DNA of 64,000 nt from a virus (lineage: Duplodnaviria; Caudoviricetes), in IMG/VR virus record IMGVR_UViG_3300032116_000009, one strand, 5' to 3'. A program made the position numbers and the translations under genes. Of this stretch, positions 55,854 through 64,000 are shown piece after piece. Below the pieces are notes generated by a model. That model had not been told where the DNA came from. It saw only the letters and a list, made by a program, of their open reading frames with translations, and searched no databases. Each line of letters starts with the position of its first letter. The stretch's first letter is position 1.

Positions 55854-55911
55854 CTCGGACTATGTAGATTCAGACCATTTAAGATCAAGAATCAGTTATG
55901 ATTGTAACTAT

Positions 55912-56583
55912 TTATCCCTTCTTCCAGGCTTCACCCTCTGCCTTTCTTCTACGTGCAAGACCTGCTTCCACATTTGAACCAGGATTGCGGTAGAGATAAA
56001 GAGCGTCAGGAACTAAATCCCACTCTTTATTTTTCAGGCGTTTAGTAATAGTATTAAAGTTATCACCACCGTAAAAACCGGCACCAAGATTATAAGCAAA
56101 GCTGAGCAGAGCGCCTCTTTTTCCATCAGACATTTCACTCCAATGAGGGATTTTACGCAAGGCAGGAAGGAATTCTTTCTTACATTGTTCGATAAGAAGT
56201 TCATCTGCTTCTTGCTGAGTTAAAGTATCACCAAGTTTAAATGACGAACCATCTTTCTTACGGGTTGATCCCCAACCAATTGTGATTGGAAGTCCACCTG
56301 TGAGAGGATCGGGATATGCCTTTAAGTGACATCCTTCAAACTCTTTGATTAATTTAAGACCCATCATCGGTAGATCATCTCCACCAGTTACTGGAGCTGC
56401 AGCAGCGGGAGTAGATGCTGGTGCAGCACTAGTCTTTTTTCCACGATAAATCTCAGCCCACTCTACGTTATCGCCAAGATACTCAACAGGAAGATTATCT
56501 TCCAACCACTGAACAGCTTTGACATGATTAGGATTTCTTTCATCATAGAATTGAAAGAAGTTATGTAAATCTACTCTTGCCAT
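55912..56583 (-). CDS. GH24 lysozyme (endolysin-like) with N-terminal accessory domain
   Basis: IKEFEG..L.AY.D...TIGWG, ALLSFAYNLG, GLARRR.AE. Confidence 0.92.
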   Translation of the reverse strand: MARVDLHNFFQFYDERNPNHVKAVQWLEDNLPVEYLGDNVEWAEIYRGKKTSAAPASTPAAAAPVTGGDDLPMMGLKLIKEFEGCHLKAYPDPLTGGLPITIGWGSTRKKDGSSFKLGDTLTQQEADELLIEQCKKEFLPALRKIPHWSEMSDGKRGALLSFAYNLGAGFYGGDNFNTITKRLKNKEWDLVPDALYLYRNPGSNVEAGLARRRKAEGEAWKKG

Positions 56584-56601
56584 GATTGTTCTCCTTTTGT
56601 A

Positions 56602-57273
56602 TCAGTCAAAAATACGACCCCAACCATCGTTGCCACCTGGGCACCAACGATGCTTAAGAACTGCTTTGGTGTAAATGGTCTTCTTACCATTTGTAACTGG
56701 ACCAGTATAATTATCGTTCAATGAACCATAAGGATCATTGACATAGTATCCTTTACCATCTGGAGTCTTACCAATTACAACACACATGTGCCCACCAGTA
56801 GGTGCAGAAAGAGAACCCCTGTGAAGGATACCAATAACGACAGGCTTCCCAGCATCGAGACTTTTATCAATATCAGCGAAAGAAAGATTGTAACTAAAGT
56901 GTGACTTAACTCCATAACCTGCAAGTACCTTTGTCTGTACCGCATGGTCAGTAGTGTCACCAATCGCAAATACTTTCTTAACGTATTCGTCGTCGCCTTT
57001 GATGCTTCCTGGCTTGAGGAAAGCAAGACACATAGCACATGACGAACTGTTGCAAGTTCTATGTGCATCTCTGTAGTTATCTACTTGGTTAAAGTATGGA
57101 ACATTGAGAACTGCTGGAGTTGGTGGTTTAGTTCTAAAAATACCAATCCAATCAGTCTCTGCATCGTCTAGGAATTTTTCTGGAAGTTTATCTTCCAACC
57201 ACTGAACCGCAGCAACGTGATTTGGGTTCTTCTCATCATAAAACTTAAAAAAGTTATGAAGATCTAGGGTCAT
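56602..57273 (-). CDS. C39-like peptidase with the same N-terminal domain
   Basis: LNVPYFNQ.D, RTCNSSSCAM, GGHM.VV.G, V.DPYG. Confidence 0.88.
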   Translation of the reverse strand: MTLDLHNFFKFYDEKNPNHVAAVQWLEDKLPEKFLDDAETDWIGIFRTKPPTPAVLNVPYFNQVDNYRDAHRTCNSSSCAMCLAFLKPGSIKGDDEYVKKVFAIGDTTDHAVQTKVLAGYGVKSHFSYNLSFADIDKSLDAGKPVVIGILHRGSLSAPTGGHMCVVIGKTPDGKGYYVNDPYGSLNDNYTGPVTNGKKTIYTKAVLKHRWCPGGNDGWGRIFD

Positions 57274-57311
57274 AGTACTATTTTTTCGACACCTTGTTAT
57301 TTAGGATTTTA

Positions 57312-57875
57312 TTACCTGTTTCCCCACTGAATGTCAGGATATGCATCCGAAACATTTTGTTTAGTAATATTATACTTAGTTTGTAGTTTCTTATCTTTTA
57401 CTAACATGAGAATCTCAGCCTCAAGAGGATGGAGACCTTCAAGGATACTGATAAACATTGTTTCCCTCTTCATGCTAGAGAGACGATCATTACCACCCTT
57501 TACAAAATTATAAAAGTAAGTGTATTCTTTACGGATAGAAGTTCTTCCTTGATCCTGAGATCCAATAGAATTGGATTCCAAATCACTCATCATTTCTACA
57601 GCCCTACTAATGTTATCGCTTAGATTACCAGAACGTACATTTTGTTGTCCTACACTTGCATAAGGAACTAATCCTTCTGGAAGCATAGAAATTATACTTT
57701 CATCAAAGTTCCAGATAAGGATAGTTTTTAATGATGGATCTGCATACTTTTGAAGAACCTCAACTTTTTTTGCATTCGATTTTTGTTTTGATGCAAGTGC
57801 AAGAACTTCAAAAGAAAAAGGATTAGAGGGTAGTTCTTCAGACACTACCCTCGGAATTTTAGTTTGAGTAGTCAT
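57312..57875 (-). CDS. conserved T4-like hypothetical protein
   Basis: KRETMFI.ILEGLHP.EAE.L..VKDKKL. Confidence 0.75.
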   Translation of the reverse strand: MTTQTKIPRVVSEELPSNPFSFEVLALASKQKSNAKKVEVLQKYADPSLKTILIWNFDESIISMLPEGLVPYASVGQQNVRSGNLSDNISRAVEMMSDLESNSIGSQDQGRTSIRKEYTYFYNFVKGGNDRLSSMKRETMFISILEGLHPLEAEILMLVKDKKLQTKYNITKQNVSDAYPDIQWGNR

Positions 57876-57912
57876 AAAACTTAGTTCAATTCAGTTGTTA
57901 TTAATATTTAGA

Positions 57913-59058
57913 TCACAGTTTAAAACCAGCAAAAGCGTCTTTCTTCAAATCTTGTTTAATACCACCAACAACATAAGATTCAACTTCCGTTTCTTGAGGT
58001 GCAACTTGAAGACCCTTAGAAGAAATCCAATGCTCAGTCCAAGGAAGAGGATTGTTCTTTGCGGGAATATCATAAAGTGTTTTCAAACCAATCGCCTTCA
58101 TACGACGATTTGCAATCCACTCAACATAGTTATTCAAAAGTTTGTCATTAAGACCAATCATTGAACCATCTTTGAACAAATACTTTGCCCAGGCCTTTTC
58201 TTCATTAACACAATTTTCAAATGCAGAAGTTACCCAAGGTTCTTCTTCTTTAGCAATTTGTTGCATTTCAGGATCATCTCCTTCACGCCACTTATTGAGG
58301 ATGTTTTGAGTAATGACAAGGTGCTGATTTTCGTCTCTTGCGATGAGAGAGATAATTTTAGCGGATCCTTCCATAAGTTTGAGTTCACCAAACGCAAAGC
58401 TGCAAGCGAACGAGACGTAAAACCTGATACCTTCGAGAATATTGACATTTGCGACAGCACGGTAAAGTTTTCTTTTAAGTTCAATACGTTCTTCTCTTGC
58501 ATATCCAGCACCCTCTTGTGCAAATTTCCATGCAGAGGAAGTACCGTATTCTTGTGCGGAATTGATAAAGTCATCATAAGCACCCGTGACATTTGTTGCA
58601 CGACTCATAATTTTTTCATCATCTAGAATTGTATCAAAAACTTCTGCAGGATCTGAATACACATTCTTAATAATGTATGTATATGAACGACTATGAATCA
58701 TTTCCATAAATCCCCACACTTCCATACAAGCCTCTAGTTCAGGAAGAGAACAGTATGGAATAAATGCCATACCAGGACCACGGCCTTGAACGGAATCAAG
58801 CATGATCTGATACTTCAAGTTGGAAGTGAAAATATGTTTTTGTTCTGGACGAAGTTGTGCATAATCTGCACGATCCTTTTGGAGGGAGACCTCCTCAGGT
58901 CTCCAGAAATACCCCAATTGTTGTTGAGTAAGTTTATCAAAAACTGGATACTTATAATGATCGTATCGTTGCAAACCTAGTGGTTGACCGAAGAACATTG
59001 GTTGTTTACGAGTATCTACATCAGTACTCGTATTAAAAACTGTCATTCCTTGTACCAT
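57913..59058 (-). CDS. nrdB: ribonucleotide reductase class Ia beta subunit
   Basis: FWRPEE, LDSVQ, E.IHSRSY, EGIRF, RDE..H, QVAPQE.E. Confidence 0.97.
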   Translation of the reverse strand: MVQGMTVFNTSTDVDTRKQPMFFGQPLGLQRYDHYKYPVFDKLTQQQLGYFWRPEEVSLQKDRADYAQLRPEQKHIFTSNLKYQIMLDSVQGRGPGMAFIPYCSLPELEACMEVWGFMEMIHSRSYTYIIKNVYSDPAEVFDTILDDEKIMSRATNVTGAYDDFINSAQEYGTSSAWKFAQEGAGYAREERIELKRKLYRAVANVNILEGIRFYVSFACSFAFGELKLMEGSAKIISLIARDENQHLVITQNILNKWREGDDPEMQQIAKEEEPWVTSAFENCVNEEKAWAKYLFKDGSMIGLNDKLLNNYVEWIANRRMKAIGLKTLYDIPAKNNPLPWTEHWISSKGLQVAPQETEVESYVVGGIKQDLKKDAFAGFKL

Positions 59059-59077
59059 TTGAATCTCCTTGTCTTAA

Positions 59078-61399
59078 TTAAATTTTGCAACTTTCACAAT
59101 CTTCTTCGCTAGAAGACATAATTTCATCTAGTAGTTTATCCAACTGTTGTCTGGTAGTGTCCTCTTTTACTTCATCAGTTTTATGATCATATGTATTTTG
59201 ATAGTATGAAGTCTTCCATCCATACTTATATGTTCTCAATAGATCACTAGCCATTACTGATGTTGGAACTTCGTTGTCTGGATAGTTTTCTGGGTTGTAG
59301 GACCAGTTTCCACTGATGGCTTGGTCAAAAAACTTTTGCATGACGGCAACGATGTTAATATAACCAGTGTTATCAGACATGTCCCATAGAAGAGTATAAT
59401 TGTTTTTGAGTGATCCATATTGGGGAACAATTTGTTTGAGAGGACCTTTCTTTGATTTTTTAATAGACAAATATCCTCTTGGTGGTTCAATTCCATTTGT
59501 TGCGTTTGACACAACGGAACTGCTCTCCGATGGCATCTGTGCGGACAGTGTTGAGTGTCGTAGTCCAAATGTTTGAATCTCGGAACGTAGAGTTTCCCAA
59601 TCATGTTGGTAAGGAATAGAAGAAATTTCGTCTACGTCCCTCTTATAGGTATCAATGGGAAGTAAACCATCATGATATTTTGTACGGTTAAAATCTGTAC
59701 AAGCACCTTTTTCTTTTGCAATTTGATTAGATGACTTCAAGAGATAATATTGGAAAGACTCCGTAAGTTCATGAATCAAATCCCAAGCCTCTTGGGAATC
59801 ATACTTAAATCCATGACGTGCAAGATAATGTGCAAGTCCGATATAACCAACACCAAGAGATCTACGAGCCTTAGTTGCAAGTTCTGCAGCACGGACAGGA
59901 TACTCTTGATAATCAATTAGTTCCTCAAGACCACGAACAGAAAGATCACAAAGTTCTTCCATTTCATCAACATGTTTGATCTTGCCGATATTAATGGCAG
60001 AAAGAATACATAGAGCAATTTCACCATCAACATCGTCGATATGTTGGATTGGATCTGTAGGAAGAGTAATTTCCTGACACAGGTTACTCATCCATACTTT
60101 ATCAATAAATGAACTATGAGAATTACAATGATCGATATTCATAATGTAAATACGACCAGTCTCTGCACGTTCTTTGAGAATATCTAGAATAAGTTCCTGA
60201 GCTCGGACAGTTTTTCTTGGAATAGACTGATCTCGTTCTGCAGCCACATAGAGATCATCAAACTCAGGAAGCCCGAAAGCATCAGAAACTGACGGAACAT
60301 CGTGAGGTGAGAAGAGGGACATTTCCTCATCATTAATGAATCTTTCATAAAAGAGTTTGGAGAATTGAATCGAATAGTCTAGTTTACGTACACGATTATC
60401 TTCAGTACCTTTATTATTTTTCAGTACGATAATATCTTCTATTTCTTTGTGCCAGATTGGGAAGTGGACAGTTGCTGATCCACCTCTGATGCCATTTTGA
60501 GTGCAGCATCGGACAGTTGCTTCAAACTTTTTGAGGAAAGGGACAACACCTGTGTGCTGAACTTCTCCACCTCTGATTTTACTGTTGATACCACGGATTC
60601 TACCTGCGTTGATGCCGATTCCCGCCCTTTGTGCAACGTATCGACCAATAGCCATATCAGAGCTAAAGATAGAATCGAGGGTGTCATCAACATCAACAAG
60701 AACACAACTAGCAAATTGTCTAAGTGGAGTTCGCACTCCCGCCATGATGGGAGTGGGGATGTTGATTTTGTGTTTGGAGATTGCATTGTAGTATCTACGG
60801 ACGTAATCCAGTCTAGTTTCTTTTGAATATTCTGCAAAAATTGTCGCAGAAATCAACATATACATGTATTGTGGAGTTTCGTAAAGATTAGAGGAACTCC
60901 TGTCTTGTACCAAATACTTATCTACAACTTGACGAAGGCCGGCATAAGTAAACAAAAAATCTCGATCATGGTCAATCCACGAGTTGATTTTATCCCACTC
61001 CTCCGTAGAATACTTTGCAGGGAGATGTTTATCATAAATTCCACTGCAAGCACCATGCATCAAGTGATCGTAGATGTGAGGAAATCCCTGATTCCATGAA
61101 GGACCGAATACCTGTTTGTAAAGTCCAAACAGAAGAAGTCTGGCCGCAACAAATTGGTAATTAGGGGTCTCAAGATCAATAAGATCGGATGCAGAACGAA
61201 TCAAAATCTCTTGAATCTCTGCAGTGGTAATACCGTCATAGAACTGAATACCGGATTGCATTTCAACTTGAGATGCAGAAACTCCTGCAAGGCCTTCACA
61301 GGCACTCTCTACCATTTTATGAATCTTGTCCAGGTTCAGATGTTCAGTATTTCCGTTTCTTTTTACAACTTTAGTCCCGTTACTCATGTTTTCTTCCAA
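59078..61399 (-). CDS. nrdA: ribonucleotide reductase class Ia alpha subunit
   Basis: ATP cone, PTPIMAG, ASCVL, SNLCQEI, ALCILSA, MPSESSS, TSYY, CESC; no intein visible. Confidence 0.98.
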   Translation of the reverse strand: MEENMSNGTKVVKRNGNTEHLNLDKIHKMVESACEGLAGVSASQVEMQSGIQFYDGITTAEIQEILIRSASDLIDLETPNYQFVAARLLLFGLYKQVFGPSWNQGFPHIYDHLMHGACSGIYDKHLPAKYSTEEWDKINSWIDHDRDFLFTYAGLRQVVDKYLVQDRSSSNLYETPQYMYMLISATIFAEYSKETRLDYVRRYYNAISKHKINIPTPIMAGVRTPLRQFASCVLVDVDDTLDSIFSSDMAIGRYVAQRAGIGINAGRIRGINSKIRGGEVQHTGVVPFLKKFEATVRCCTQNGIRGGSATVHFPIWHKEIEDIIVLKNNKGTEDNRVRKLDYSIQFSKLFYERFINDEEMSLFSPHDVPSVSDAFGLPEFDDLYVAAERDQSIPRKTVRAQELILDILKERAETGRIYIMNIDHCNSHSSFIDKVWMSNLCQEITLPTDPIQHIDDVDGEIALCILSAINIGKIKHVDEMEELCDLSVRGLEELIDYQEYPVRAAELATKARRSLGVGYIGLAHYLARHGFKYDSQEAWDLIHELTESFQYYLLKSSNQIAKEKGACTDFNRTKYHDGLLPIDTYKRDVDEISSIPYQHDWETLRSEIQTFGLRHSTLSAQMPSESSSVVSNATNGIEPPRGYLSIKKSKKGPLKQIVPQYGSLKNNYTLLWDMSDNTGYINIVAVMQKFFDQAISGNWSYNPENYPDNEVPTSVMASDLLRTYKYGWKTSYYQNTYDHKTDEVKEDTTRQQLDKLLDEIMSSSEEDCESCKI

Positions 61400-62388
61400 C
61401 TAGTAAGTTTTGTTTTAGCTTGTAATCCACTATAGACATTGGATTCTATCACAGATTGAACGTTAAGTCCAGATAAAATCATGTCATTGATATCTTTTTG
61501 TTGTATTGTATCAGGCCAAATAACTATTGGAAATTTCCAATCTATCGCCTTCTCCATTCTATCAACAATTTGTTTGTTTCGTTTTTCATTATCATAAACC
61601 ATGACAAAATTAGTTTCAAAGTTTGTAATGAAAAAAGTCTTGTCTATATCTGCACCGACCATTGCGATAGAGTTATCGATAAACATACTATCAAAAGGTC
61701 CTTCTACAATATAAACTGTTTTATTCCAGTCAACCTTATCCAAACCGTAGATCTTGGGGTGGTGGTCATCCAAAATAATTGTAATGTATTTTAATTTTGA
61801 TTTTGGATTGAGCGATCTCCCCTGAAACCCGAATATCTTTCCATTATTCTTTAAGGGAATTATGATCCTTGGTTCATCATTATCTAAATTATCAAAAGTA
61901 TATTTTTGAGAATTAGTCCATTCCTTGAACTTTTCGGCGAAATAAAGTTCGCCCAGATACTTACTCGGGATTCTTCGGTTGTCTAAAAATTGTCTTGCGG
62001 GGTGTGTTGTATTTAGTTCTGAAATTTTTGACAGATCAAAATCCTTTTGAACGAAAACTGGTTTTTCGAATTTGAAATCAACTGGTTCTGGGGTATTCGA
62101 TCCTCTACCCGTGGCACCAGCCTTGTACCTCTCAAAGACGTATTGATCATGCAATGCGGGGTCAACATCCTTCAAGAAGTTTGTGAAGGTTCTGGAGACG
62201 CCACAGTTGTGACATTTGAAATTATGATCATTCTTCAGTTGATACAAATATCCCCTAGCTTTATTCTTATGTCTCTGCGAGTCACCGCAATAGGGGCATC
62301 GAAAGTTATATAAACCTACCTTTTTCTTTGCAAATTTTTGAAGTTTAACCGAAACTAATCCAATGTATTTGCTGTCAATAAGACTCAT
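61384..62388 (-). CDS. T4-like DNA primase (gp61)
   Basis: CPYCGDS, CHNC Zn finger, TOPRIM EGPFD, YDNE, KDIND. Confidence 0.95.
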   Translation of the reverse strand: MSLIDSKYIGLVSVKLQKFAKKKVGLYNFRCPYCGDSQRHKNKARGYLYQLKNDHNFKCHNCGVSRTFTNFLKDVDPALHDQYVFERYKAGATGRGSNTPEPVDFKFEKPVFVQKDFDLSKISELNTTHPARQFLDNRRIPSKYLGELYFAEKFKEWTNSQKYTFDNLDNDEPRIIIPLKNNGKIFGFQGRSLNPKSKLKYITIILDDHHPKIYGLDKVDWNKTVYIVEGPFDSMFIDNSIAMVGADIDKTFFITNFETNFVMVYDNEKRNKQIVDRMEKAIDWKFPIVIWPDTIQQKDINDMILSGLNVQSVIESNVYSGLQAKTKLTSWKKT

Positions 62389-62813
62389 TTTTTAGTATTT
62401 TGGATCTGTGTTGATCCATTATACCCCTGTGAAGCCTTGCTTGTCAAGGAAGTTACTGTAGGAATTATTCCGATTAAGAAGACGGCAAAAGCAACCACTG
62501 CACTAATTTGCCATCTAAATCTAGATAACTCTTCCAATTTAACATTTATCTTATCAAACTTATCTGCAATTTGTTGATGTTCTTTATCGTTATCTTCCTT
62601 CATCTCATCAATCATCTTTACGATAAGATCATCATTCTTCATACTTTGTTCAATTCTCTCATCGTGTTTTGCAAGAATCGTAGCGATACGAGAATTACCT
62701 TCGGATATTTTATCAACCGCTGATTCTAACTTTGCAAGCATTTCGCGGGATAGGTCTTCATAAATACCGAGTTTAGATTCAAGAACCGCCAGCTTTGATT
62801 CTTGGGAAAACAT
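62385..62813 (-). CDS. coiled-coil protein with C-terminal TM helix
   Basis: Heptad-rich region, then hydrophobic helix. Confidence 0.7.
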   Translation of the reverse strand: MFSQESKLAVLESKLGIYEDLSREMLAKLESAVDKISEGNSRIATILAKHDERIEQSMKNDDLIVKMIDEMKEDNDKEHQQIADKFDKINVKLEELSRFRWQISAVVAFAVFLIGIIPTVTSLTSKASQGYNGSTQIQNTKK

Positions 62814-62814
62814 T

Positions 62815-63063
62815 TTACTTTCTCTTTTTCTTAAAAGATCTTAAAAGTTTACTATATGATGGTGGTAATCTTCTCATAATTTTAGATCTACCATCAGGAA
62901 TACCTATGATTGGGTCAAATCCAGCAACCGGTCCTTTTGGATCTGCGGAACCCGTAAACCCTCCAGTACCAACAACCATACCTTCTTCCATAAGATTTTT
63001 GATAATCTTAATTGAATTTTGTAGAATGTGGTCTTTCATATTCGATTTAACTCTCTTAGACAA
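62815..63063 (-). CDS. hypothetical protein
   Basis: GFTGSADPKGPVAGFDP; operonic. Confidence 0.6.
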   Translation of the reverse strand: MSKRVKSNMKDHILQNSIKIIKNLMEEGMVVGTGGFTGSADPKGPVAGFDPIIGIPDGRSKIMRRLPPSYSKLLRSFKKKRK

Positions 63064-63407
63064 TCTTCATCTGAAGGTACTTGATGTAATGCTGATACTG
63101 GATATTCAGGAAGTCTTCCGAGATATACTACAAAACTTTTAACAACAGGCCACAAATCTCGATCTATTTTAAAAAATAATAACGGAGTAGTAGCTTCCCC
63201 AAAAACATTATAAAGAATAATAAAGTGATTTATAAGTAGATGAGACTTCAAAATACCAGTACTTTTATACCTTTTTAGAAGTCTCTTTATCCACTTAAAT
63301 CTTTTTAAGTCTTCATAAAAATCATCTTGCGTTACCGCATGAGGATTTTCATAATGTTTTATTGCAAACATTATATAATTATCTTCGTTCAACTCATCAA
63401 ATCTCAT
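63036..63407 (-). CDS. conserved T4-like hypothetical protein
   Basis: FAIKHYENP..EF.EDLKRFK, HL.INH.I.LYNVFG. Confidence 0.8.
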   Translation of the reverse strand: MRFDELNEDNYIMFAIKHYENPHAVTQDDFYEDLKRFKWIKRLLKRYKSTGILKSHLLINHFIILYNVFGEATTPLLFFKIDRDLWPVVKSFVVYLGRLPEYPVSALHQVPSDEDCLRELNRI

Positions 63408-63422
63408 AATCTATTACAACTA

Positions 63423-63986
63423 TCAAGTGGTTGTAACGCCAACAGTGGTTGTGATTCCACTACCACCAGCACCAGTTACTTCGGTGGAAACAAAGATCTT
63501 ATCGGAAGCGACTGAAGTTGAAGTATCAGTGATAACACCAACGATTGTTTGACCAGGAATTACAAGAGTTTCTGCAACGGCACCTGTCGTAAATGCAAAT
63601 CCAACGGTCTTGTTTGCAGTAGCTGTAGTAGCGTAAGCAACTAAAGTACCAGAAACTGAACCAGTTACGTTAAGGGTAGCAGCTAGATTCTTAACATCTA
63701 CTTTCTCGTTGTACTGAACATAAACGGTTCCAGTAGAAGATGTTGAATATCCAGTTGCACCAAAGTATACGCGAACGATAGTTGCGTTACCAAGACCAGC
63801 AGTTGTACTACCAGCACCAGCTAGTCCACCGATTGCACAAAGCACCTCTTCATTACCATCTGCGTGTCTGATAACCCAACCTCTTTCATCAGCAAAACAC
63901 TCATTGAGATCATTAGCTGGTTTATCGCCTGCGCGTAACCACTTAGGTCTTGATTCGTCTGAAGTAGAATTTCCCCAAAGAGGCAT
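63423..63986 (-). CDS. hypothetical, probably virion structural protein
   Basis: MPLWG..RGWV..EVL.AI.GL pattern; Thr/Gly-rich. Confidence 0.7.
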   Translation of the reverse strand: MPLWGNSTSDESRPKWLRAGDKPANDLNECFADERGWVIRHADGNEEVLCAIGGLAGAGSTTAGLGNATIVRVYFGATGYSTSSTGTVYVQYNEKVDVKNLAATLNVTGSVSGTLVAYATTATANKTVGFAFTTGAVAETLVIPGQTIVGVITDTSTSVASDKIFVSTEVTGAGGSGITTTVGVTTT

Positions 63987-64000
63987 CGGTTTTCTCCAAA

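Noticed and set aside
1-64000. Stop-codon reassignment
   Set aside because: No suppressor (CUA/UUA/UCA) tRNA found; conserved genes are full length under code 11 and end with TAA, TAG or TGA

Overview
AT-rich segment of a large T4-like cyanomyovirus (Kyanoviridae-type) genome; a freshwater Synechococcus/Cyanobium-type host is an inference. Almost everything is on the minus strand. Core and auxiliary metabolic genes: psbA, psbD, two hli, petF, peroxiredoxin, cyanobacterial porin, gnd, Dps, nadE, nrdA/nrdB and gp61 primase. Modification enzymes: radical SAM x3, a 2OG-Fe(II) oxygenase, an amidinotransferase, KdsA/KdsB, a 10-kb nucleotide-sugar/glycosyltransferase operon with a GDP-mannose 3,5-epimerase-like enzyme, a carbamoyltransferase and an SGNH hydrolase. 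Five paralogues of an unannotated, possibly ParB/Srx-like family flank a GT8 gene. The RNA content is very rich: 28 recognisable tRNAs covering 19 amino acids (no Cys in the window), including unusual Thr(AGU), Leu(AAG, short variable loop) and Ile(UAU); two aberrant tRNA-like elements; a circularly permuted two-piece tmRNA with its own sigma70 promoter and tag ANNIVAFSRSKSTALV; and several structured non-coding leaders. The right third holds a 1542-aa repeat-rich fibre-like protein, secreted/membrane proteins, an autotransporter-like protein, a lysozyme and a C39 peptidase. All family assignments come from motif recognition by eye; no searches were run.
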